Translations under genes and position numbers: made by a program
Notes under the pieces: generated by a model
Databases searched by the model: none
The model's input: only the letters and a program-made list of their open reading frames with translations
Told to the model about the DNA's origin: nothing
Shown: positions 55,938 to 64,000 of the stretch, in pieces
How positions within the stretch are numbered: position 1 is the stretch's first letter
Layout: every line of letters begins with the position of its first letter
Origin: an uncultured Enterobacteriaceae bacterium
Lineage (GTDB): Bacteria > Myxococcota_A > UBA9042
Assembly: GCA_964586155.1 (NCBI GenBank)
Contig: CAZPHC010000006.1
Location: 141,392 to 205,391 of the forward strand
Direction of reading: 5' to 3'
DNA length: 64,000 bases

Positions 55938-58163
55938 ATGCAAGACCTTCTGCAGAATCGTTTCGTCACCTTGGGCATCGGCCTGTTGCTGCTCGGCTTG
56001 GGCGGCTACGCCATCAAGCGTTGGGTCGCCACGCTGTCGGCCAACGAAGCGCAGCGTGGCACGCGCGCCGTCGACGCGGCGCTGAAGAAGAGCGGCGAGC
56101 TGGCGGCCGCCAAGGTCGCGGCCGAGCACGGCCTGCACGAGCGCGCCGCGCAGCTGTTCGGCAAGGCCGGGCGCCACCTCGAGGCCGCCCGCGAGCTCCG
56201 CCGCGCCGAGAAGTGGGACGTCGCGGCCGAGGCCTTCGAGAAGCTCCAGGATTGGGATTCTGCGGCGTTCTGCCACCGCCGATCGGGCGACGAGCGCGGC
56301 CTGATCCGCAGCCTCGATCGCGGCGGCCATTGGATCGAGGCCGGCCAGGTCGCCGAGAAGGCGTCCAAGCTGGTCGAGGCCGCCGACCTCTACATCAAGG
56401 GCGGCGCGAAGGCGCAGGCCGTGGACCTGCTGGTCAAGGTCGGCGACAAGCCACGGGCCTATGCCCTGCGTGCCGAGGTCCTCGAAGAGCAAGGCAATTA
56501 CGAGGGAGCAGGCAAGCTCTGGGCCAAGCTCGACCAATGGGATCGCGCGCTCGAGGTCTTCTTGCGCGGCGAGCTGCCGGAGCTGGCGGCGCAGACGTTG
56601 CAGCACCTCGGGCGCTCGATCGAGGCCGCCGAGTTGATGGTCGAGTGGCGCCGGCCGGCCGAGGCGGCGACCTACTTCGAGGCCGCGCAGCAGTTCCGCC
56701 TGGCCGCCGCGCAATGGATGAGCGCCGGTGACGTCGAGCGCGCGATCGCGGCCCTGCAGCGCGAGGGCGACAAGCTCGGCGCGGCCAAGCTGCGCATGGC
56801 GCGCAACGAAGAGGACAAGGCCCTGGACCTGCTCGCCAGCATCGGTGAGCTCGAGGCCTCCTACCCCGAGGCGCTGCGCCTGCGTGGCCAGCTGCTGCGA
56901 CAGCGCGGCGACGCCAAGGGCGCGTTCAAGGCCCTGTACGCGCTGCTCTCGTTGCCGGGCAACCAGCCTGGTTTGTTGGCGTTGACCCAGGACGCGGTCG
57001 AGTTGGCCATCGAGCTCGGCCAGGGCCGCATCGGCAAGGCGCTGCTCGAGCGCGCGTCGTCGGTGTTCGCGGGCCGTCCGGACCTGCAGACCTGGTTGGC
57101 CGACGCCAAGCGCCAGCTCGCCGAGCTGCCCGACGCGCCCGAGGAGATGGCCCTGGTCGGGGGCGGCAAACCGCGACCCACTGGCCGGGTTCAGCTGACG
57201 AGCGCCCTGGAGGCCGAGGCGACCCAGACCTACGGCGAGGGCACGGTCGCCTACGTCGCCGGCGAGCAGCGGGTCGGCAACGCCGACACCTTCGGCACCG
57301 AGATCGACAAGGACGGCTGGCCCAAGGGCGTGCCCGTCTCGCTGGCCCGGCGCTATCGCGGCATCCAGCGTATCGGCCAGGGCGGCAACGGCGTGGTCTT
57401 CCGCGCCGAGGACGCGCTGCTCAACCGCACGGTGGTGCTCAAGTTCATGATCGACGGATCGATGCCGACCGAGGTCGCGCGCAAGTACTTCGAGCGCGAA
57501 GTGAAGATGGCGGCGAGCCTGAGCCATCCGAACATCGTCCACATCTACGACATGGGCCACGACGAGGACGTGCCGTGGTACTCGATGGAGTACATCGAGG
57601 GCCAGCCGTTGTCGGCGCACTTCCCACCCGGTCGCCCGGTGGCCGACAAGCTCTTCTTGATGAGCATGGTCGAGCAGATCTGCGCCGCGCTCGACCACGC
57701 CCACGGCCGCGGCATGATCCACCGCGACATCAAGCCGGACAACATCCTGGTCTCGGTCGACGGCACCGCCAAGCTGCTCGACTTCGGCCTGGCGCGCGTG
57801 CTCGACGACTCGTTCGGCGAGCTCTCGGTGCTCGCCGGCACGCCCTACTACATGGCGCCCGAACAGATCGATGGCTCGGCGGTGGATCACCGCGCCGACA
57901 TCTACGCCCTCGGATGTATCCTCTACCGCGCCATGGTCGGCCGGTTGCCCTTCCAGGACGGCAACATCTTCGTCGCCCACGCCCTCGAGCCCGTGCCCGA
58001 TCCCCTGCAGTTCAACCCGGAGCTGGATCGCCGCGTCGTGGCCCTGCTGCTCCGCTGCCTGGCCAAGCGCCCGGACGACCGTCCGCAGAACTGCGGCCAA
58101 ATCAAGCTCGAGCTGCACGAGGCGTTGTTCGGCTCGATGCGTCCGGGCACGAACACGCCGTAG
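55938..58163 (+). CDS. Ser/Thr protein kinase with N-terminal TM anchor and TPR-like repeats, C-terminal kinase domain
   Basis: Start at M62 of ORF 55755..58163. [20 protein letters not shown]. Repeated A..LY...G motifs. Kinase [36 protein letters not shown]. Confidence 0.85.
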   Translation: MQDLLQNRFVTLGIGLLLLGLGGYAIKRWVATLSANEAQRGTRAVDAALKKSGELAAAKVAAEHGLHERAAQLFGKAGRHLEAARELRRAEKWDVAAEAFEKLQDWDSAAFCHRRSGDERGLIRSLDRGGHWIEAGQVAEKASKLVEAADLYIKGGAKAQAVDLLVKVGDKPRAYALRAEVLEEQGNYEGAGKLWAKLDQWDRALEVFLRGELPELAAQTLQHLGRSIEAAELMVEWRRPAEAATYFEAAQQFRLAAAQWMSAGDVERAIAALQREGDKLGAAKLRMARNEEDKALDLLASIGELEASYPEALRLRGQLLRQRGDAKGAFKALYALLSLPGNQPGLLALTQDAVELAIELGQGRIGKALLERASSVFAGRPDLQTWLADAKRQLAELPDAPEEMALVGGGKPRPTGRVQLTSALEAEATQTYGEGTVAYVAGEQRVGNADTFGTEIDKDGWPKGVPVSLARRYRGIQRIGQGGNGVVFRAEDALLNRTVVLKFMIDGSMPTEVARKYFEREVKMAASLSHPNIVHIYDMGHDEDVPWYSMEYIEGQPLSAHFPPGRPVADKLFLMSMVEQICAALDHAHGRGMIHRDIKPDNILVSVDGTAKLLDFGLARVLDDSFGELSVLAGTPYYMAPEQIDGSAVDHRADIYALGCILYRAMVGRLPFQDGNIFVAHALEPVPDPLQFNPELDRRVVALLLRCLAKRPDDRPQNCGQIKLELHEALFGSMRPGTNTP

Positions 58164-58210
58164 CCGCAGGCGCTCCGCAGCGTCGGGCGCCGGGCATCAC
58201 CAGGTGCTCG

Positions 58211-59365
58211 CTAGCGGCCCCGGCGGACGTGCCGCGACATCGACGCCAGCAGCGCCTCCATCGCCAAGGTTGACGAGGGGTTGTAGACGAGGTTGGCCTC
58301 GACGAGCGCGATCTCGTCCAGCGATGACAGCAGCGGCTCGGTGCCGGCCCGCGCCGCAAGCGAGCCCAGCGCGCCGGCCCATCGCGCATGCGGAAGCGAC
58401 GAAGGATCGACGCCGCTGGCGATCAGCGCCGCGTCGCGCAGGGCGGCGCGCACCAGATCCAGGGCCATGACGATGGTGTCGCGGTCGAGGCCCTTGCTGC
58501 GCTTGTCGCCGCCTGCCTTGTCCGCGCCCGCCCTGTCAGCGTCGGCCTTGCCGCCGCGGGTCGTGGCCGTGGCCTCGGCCGCCTCGTCGTCGTCGCGCGG
58601 CATCGGGGCCTGCGCCAGCAAGGCCTGCAGCGACTCGACGAAGCCGACCTCGTGGCCGAACGGGCGCGTTCCGAGGCTCGCCACCTCGTCCACCACGGCT
58701 TCGACCACGGGCTGCCACGCGGGATCGGAGCGGACGCGCGCCGCGCTCAGGCTGCCGTCGGCCAGGGCGGCGCCCAGGCGCAGCAAGGAGCGGTCGCGTT
58801 CGTCGCCGCGCCGGGTCAACTCGCGCTCGAGGATGGACGTCAGGTCCTCCTCGGCCAGCGGTCCGAAGCGCAGGGTCTGGCAGCGCGAGCGGATCGTGTG
58901 CAGCAGCAGCTGCGGCCGCGACGAGACGAGCACGAAATGGGTGCGCGACGACGGCTCTTCCAGCGTCTTGAGCAGGGCGTTGGCCGCTTCTTCGCGCAGG
59001 CGGTCGGCCTCCAGCACCAGCAGGACCTTGGACCGGCCGAGCACCGGCTCGTAGCGCAGCCGTGCCGTCGCGTCGCGCACCTGATCGATCTTGATCTCGC
59101 GGCCTTGGCGCTGCAGGCGAGCGACGTCGGGGTGCTCGCCACGCTCCAGGGCGCGGCAGGAGCGACAGTCGCCGCAGGCGTCGCCGTCGACCCGCGGCTG
59201 CAGGCAAGCCAGGGACGCCGCCACCGCGCCGGCGATCGTCGTCTTGCCGACCCCCTCGGGCCCTTCGAAGAGCATCGCGTGGCCGACCCGATCCTGGCCG
59301 AGCAGCCGCCCGAGCGCTGCCCGCTGCACCTGCTGTCCGACCAATTCGCTGAGGCGTAGCTCCAT
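58211..59365 (-). CDS. holB: DNA polymerase III delta-prime subunit
   Basis: 384 aa. [27 protein letters not shown], Zn module CGDCRSC, and SRCQTLRF sensor motif. Confidence 0.85.
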   Translation of the reverse strand: MELRLSELVGQQVQRAALGRLLGQDRVGHAMLFEGPEGVGKTTIAGAVAASLACLQPRVDGDACGDCRSCRALERGEHPDVARLQRQGREIKIDQVRDATARLRYEPVLGRSKVLLVLEADRLREEAANALLKTLEEPSSRTHFVLVSSRPQLLLHTIRSRCQTLRFGPLAEEDLTSILERELTRRGDERDRSLLRLGAALADGSLSAARVRSDPAWQPVVEAVVDEVASLGTRPFGHEVGFVESLQALLAQAPMPRDDDEAAEATATTRGGKADADRAGADKAGGDKRSKGLDRDTIVMALDLVRAALRDAALIASGVDPSSLPHARWAGALGSLAARAGTEPLLSSLDEIALVEANLVYNPSSTLAMEALLASMSRHVRRGR

Positions 59366-59543
59366 GCGCCGATGCTAGAGACGTGACCGCGAAATGCCAA
59401 CCTGGCACGCCGGATCGTCGCGCTCGCCGACGCCGGCGGCCGCTGGCCGCTGGCGCGCCTTCGGCTTGGCATGTCGCCTCCTGAGACGATACACTGCCGC
59501 TGGCGCATCCGCGTCCTGGCTCCGCATCTCCCTGGAGGGATCG

Positions 59544-61184
59544 ATGAATGCTCGCCGTCTTCGACGCGCGTCTCGCGCCGCCGTCTGCGCCGCGACCGCC
59601 CTGGGCCTCGCCTTGGTCGCGTCGCCGTCCTTCGCCGAGAAGGTGATCTGGCAATACGACGACCTGCCCGGCGAGATGACCACTCTCGCCGATGGGCTCA
59701 AGAAGCACCCTCTGTCGGCGCACCCGGGCTTCGTCAAGGGCGAGGCGTTCGGCCAGATCTACAAGCCCAAGGCCAGCGACTACCCGGTGAAGATCCTCAG
59801 CGTCGAGCTGGTGATGGCCGCGGCCGAGAAGGCGACAGCGCCCTTCCCGGAGGTGCCCGTCGCCATCGAGATCTACAACGATCAGGGCATCAACGCGGCG
59901 CCCGACGGCGCTCCGGTGTTCACGATCAACTCGGCCGATTTCTTCAACGCCGCCGCGGGCAAGCCCGGCATGAACGTCGTCGGCAACACGGGCATGATCT
60001 TCGAGTTCGACTGGACCAAGCCCGAGAACCACCCACCCGAGATCCAATCCGGCAACATCCGCGTCGTCATCCGCGTGCTCTCGAACGCCGGCGACACCGG
60101 CGAGTATTGGGAACCGGGCTGCTCGACCAGCGGCCTGGGCCTCTGCCAATGCGCCAAGCAGGACTTCGGCATGGGCCTCGAGCTCTGTGGCTGCCAGCAG
60201 CTCGCCGCGCTCAGCGATTCGGCGACCACCGGCAAGTCGAACATGCTGCATATCGTCTACCCGGTCGGCACCTGCTCCGGCACCAAGAAATGGGTCTGGC
60301 TCGAGGACGTGGCCAAGGAAGGCAAGCAGATGAAGGGCGACTTCCTGCTGCGCCTCGGCGTCGACGGCGTGGCCGGCGGCGTCGTCGACCCCGACGCGGG
60401 CAGCCAGTCCGACGCGGGCGGCCAGGTCGACACCTCGTCGCCGCCCGACGCCGCGCCGGTGGCCAAGCCGGTCGTGCTCTTCGTCTCGCCGGCCGCGCTC
60501 GAGGAGGGCAAGCTCGCCGAGCTCGAGGTCGTCGGCGAGAACTTCCTCGCCGGGGCCAAGGTCTCGATCGGCGCGACCGATCTGCCCGTGTCGAGCGTCT
60601 CGGCCAGCAAGATCGTCGCCACGGTCAAGCCGACGCTCGCGCCCGGCGTCTACCCGGTCGTGGTCGAGAACCCGAACGGGCAGGTCGGTTACAAGGACGC
60701 GGCGTTCACGGTGACGGCCAAGCCCGCGCCCGACATCGCCAGCGAGGATACGGCCCCCGTCGACGCCGGTGTCGACAGCGGCGCCGTCGACCCGGGCCCG
60801 CTGACGCTCGATCTGGTCAAGCCCGAGTGCCTGTCGGCGACGATGGACACCCAGGTCACGATCTTCGGCACCGGATTTGTCGAGGGCATGACCTTCGAGC
60901 TCGGTGGCGTCGCGCTGCTTGCCGTCAACATCGAGACGCCGAGCAAGGCGACCGCCCTGGCGCCGAAGGGCCTGCCCGTCGGCTTCTCGTCGCTCGTCGC
61001 CACGCGCAACGGCAAGAGCGCCTCGCTCGCCAATGCCGTCGAGGTCGGCTGTGGCGCGGCACCTGCCGCACGCGACGCTGGCTGCAGCGCCGTCGCGCCG
61101 GCGTCGCCCGCGTCGCTGGCGGGCTTGCTCGTCGCGGCGCTGGCGGCGATGCTGCTGCTCTGGCGCCGCCGTTCCGAGGCCTGA
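59544..61184 (+). CDS. Secreted protein with two IPT/TIG domains and a C-terminal MYXO-CTERM sorting signal
   Basis: Start at M51 of ORF 59394..61184, with GGAGGG RBS. Signal MNARRLRRASRAAVCAATALGLALVASPSFA. Two TIG-like repeats (PVVLFVSPAAL..., LTLDLVKPECL...). Tail GCGAAPAARDAGCSAVAPASPASLAGLLVAALAAMLLLWRRRSEA is a Cys motif plus hydrophobic helix plus RRR, which is the MYXO-CTERM pattern. Confidence 0.75.
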   Translation: MNARRLRRASRAAVCAATALGLALVASPSFAEKVIWQYDDLPGEMTTLADGLKKHPLSAHPGFVKGEAFGQIYKPKASDYPVKILSVELVMAAAEKATAPFPEVPVAIEIYNDQGINAAPDGAPVFTINSADFFNAAAGKPGMNVVGNTGMIFEFDWTKPENHPPEIQSGNIRVVIRVLSNAGDTGEYWEPGCSTSGLGLCQCAKQDFGMGLELCGCQQLAALSDSATTGKSNMLHIVYPVGTCSGTKKWVWLEDVAKEGKQMKGDFLLRLGVDGVAGGVVDPDAGSQSDAGGQVDTSSPPDAAPVAKPVVLFVSPAALEEGKLAELEVVGENFLAGAKVSIGATDLPVSSVSASKIVATVKPTLAPGVYPVVVENPNGQVGYKDAAFTVTAKPAPDIASEDTAPVDAGVDSGAVDPGPLTLDLVKPECLSATMDTQVTIFGTGFVEGMTFELGGVALLAVNIETPSKATALAPKGLPVGFSSLVATRNGKSASLANAVEVGCGAAPAARDAGCSAVAPASPASLAGLLVAALAAMLLLWRRRSEA

Positions 61185-61241
61185 CGTCCCGCGCTCCGCG
61201 GCGCGTGCAGGGTTCGCCGCGGCCCGGCCGATGGGGGACGC

Positions 61242-62903
61242 ATGACCGCAGCGACGCATCCGAAGGGCTGGGCCACCGCGCCCGACCAGCAAGCGACAGG
61301 CTATCCGCCCGGCGTGCCGTACATCATCGGCAACGAAGGCTGCGAGCGCTTCAGCTTCTACGGCATGAAGTCGATCCTGCAGGTCCACCTGACGGCGCTC
61401 TACGTCGCGGGCAACCTCGCGCAGGACATGAGCGAGAGCCACGCCCAGGAGATGGTCCACCTCTTCATCGCCGGCGTGTACGCCTTCCCGATGATCGGCG
61501 CGATCCTGGCCGACCGGCTCTGGGGCAAGTACAACACGATCTTCTGGCTCAGCATGGTCTACTGCGCCGGCCACGCGGTGCTCGCGGTCGGCGAGGACTC
61601 GCTGATGGGCATGGCCCTGGGCCTGGGCCTCATCGCCATCGGCTCGGGCGGCATCAAGCCGTGCGTCAGCGCCAACGTCGGCGACCAATTCGGCGCCGGC
61701 AACTGGCACCTGGTCACCAAGATCTTCCAAGCCTTCTACTTCATCATCAACTTCGGTTCGTTCTTCGCGACGCTCGCGATCCCGTGGCTCAAGGTCACCT
61801 ACGGCACCAGCGTCGCCTTCGGCGTGCCCGGCGTGCTCATGTTCATCGCCACGGTGATGTTCTGGGCCGGGCGCGACAAGTTCGTCCACGTGCCGCCGCG
61901 TCCGGGCGGCAAGATCGGCCTGTACGACTTCCTCTCGTCGTCGACGCTGTTCCTGGGGCTGATCGGTCTGCCGCTCTTCTTCACGGACATCCTGCCCGGC
62001 TGGGCCTTCGTCGCGGGCGTCGTCACGCTCACCGCCGTCGGCTATGCGTTGTTCTCGGCGCGGCAGCGGCTACAGGCCGACGACGGCTTCCTGGCCTGCA
62101 CCATCGAGGCGTTGCGGGACGTCTCGAGCGGCGAAGCGCGCCGGGCGGCTGCGGCGGCGCCGGCCGATGCGCCCGACATCGCGCGCAGTCGGCTGTTCGC
62201 TGCGGTCGCGGCGCGCCGCGGCGTCGAGATCGCAGACGGGCCGGCGGCGGTGCTGCGCATCGTCAGCGTCTTCTTCCTGGTCTCGGTGTTCTGGGCGCTC
62301 TTCGATCAGCACAGCAGCTCGTGGATCCGCCAGGCCCAGCGCATGGACCTGCACGTCACGCTACCCTGGGGCGGCGAGCGCGACCTGCTGCCGTCGCAGA
62401 TCCCGAGCCTGAACCCCCTGATGGTGATGGCGCTGATCCCGTTCAACAACTTCGTCATCTACCCGCTGATCGGCAAGCTCGGCGTCGTCGTCACGCCGCT
62501 GCGCAAGATGACGGTCGGCATGCTGATGGCCGCGGCGGCCTTCGCCATCGTCGCGCTGCTGCAGGAGCGCATCGACCTGCTCGCCCTCAGCGGCGAGAAG
62601 CTCTCGGTCGCGTGGCATATCCTGCCGTACCTGGTGATGACGCAGGCCGAGGTCATGGTCTCGGTCACGGGCCTCGAGTTCGCCTACACCCAGGCGCCGA
62701 CGCGCATGAAGTCGACGATCATGGGCTTCTGGCTGCTGACCGTCGCGTTCGGCAGCAAGCTCGTGATCCTGGTGACGCAGCTGCCGGATATGCCGATGGC
62801 GACGTTCTTCTGGGTCTTCGCCGGGCTGATGGCCGCCGCCGCGGTGCTCTTTGGCCTGCGCGCGTCGTTCTACACCTACCGCGACTACGCGCAGAAGAGC
62901 TGA
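61242..62903 (+). CDS. POT/PTR2-family di/tripeptide permease
   Basis: 553 aa. FSFYGMKSIL and GGIKPCVSANVGDQF are PTR2 signatures. 12+ TM with the characteristic extra helices. Confidence 0.85.
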   Translation: MTAATHPKGWATAPDQQATGYPPGVPYIIGNEGCERFSFYGMKSILQVHLTALYVAGNLAQDMSESHAQEMVHLFIAGVYAFPMIGAILADRLWGKYNTIFWLSMVYCAGHAVLAVGEDSLMGMALGLGLIAIGSGGIKPCVSANVGDQFGAGNWHLVTKIFQAFYFIINFGSFFATLAIPWLKVTYGTSVAFGVPGVLMFIATVMFWAGRDKFVHVPPRPGGKIGLYDFLSSSTLFLGLIGLPLFFTDILPGWAFVAGVVTLTAVGYALFSARQRLQADDGFLACTIEALRDVSSGEARRAAAAAPADAPDIARSRLFAAVAARRGVEIADGPAAVLRIVSVFFLVSVFWALFDQHSSSWIRQAQRMDLHVTLPWGGERDLLPSQIPSLNPLMVMALIPFNNFVIYPLIGKLGVVVTPLRKMTVGMLMAAAAFAIVALLQERIDLLALSGEKLSVAWHILPYLVMTQAEVMVSVTGLEFAYTQAPTRMKSTIMGFWLLTVAFGSKLVILVTQLPDMPMATFFWVFAGLMAAAAVLFGLRASFYTYRDYAQKS

Positions 62904-62944
62904 CGCCGAGCCGAGGCCGGCGTCACGCGGCGAGCTGATCGCGC

Positions 62945-64000
<1,056 letters not shown>

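Overview
Very high-GC (about 70%) chromosomal segment that is almost certainly Myxococcota. Basis: a MYXO-CTERM sorting tail, a Myxococcus-type Cys-rich repeat, three eukaryotic-like Ser/Thr kinases, and lamin-tail/TSP3-repeat lipoproteins. The window is densely coding and largely housekeeping. (1) A partial secreted protein, an LTD-domain protein and an orphan modA. (2) A cus-like Cu/Ag efflux operon, cusC-like OMF, cusB-like MFP with HMBD domains and cusA-like RND pump, bracketed by small YHS and HMBD metal-binding lipoproteins plus a tiny Cys/His secreted protein. (3) rplM-rpsI-tRNA-Met(CAU) and metK on the minus strand, divergent from a 685-aa Cys-rich lipoprotein that ends in three somatomedin-B-like modules. 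(4) TatD-family hydrolase, a hypothetical, bcp, and a metallophosphoesterase. (5) A long codirectional minus-strand array: Ser/Thr kinase, tolB-like, HD-domain dNTPase-like hydrolase, TMTC-like GT-C glycosyltransferase with TPR repeats, rodA, mrdA (PBP2 with a three-fold Cys/His insertion), mreD, mreC, a small membrane protein, fdxA (7Fe ferredoxin), two tandem NAD-IDH-like dehydrogenases, and a pseudouridine synthase. (6) secA and a lamin-tail/TSP3/Cys-repeat lipoprotein. (7) Two POT/MFS-like transporters, two more Ser/Thr kinases, a YciA-like thioesterase, a HEAT-repeat protein, DedA, an aminotransferase, a triple-DsbA lipoprotein next to a catalytically dead triple-DsbA paralog, ubiB, holB, a MYXO-CTERM TIG-domain protein, and a partial ABC-F ATPase. 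No CRISPR, transposase or integrase was seen. Most long antisense or out-of-frame ORFs in the track are Arg-rich high-GC artefacts. Coordinates of internal starts were derived from residue offsets in the ORF track and carry an uncertainty of about one codon.
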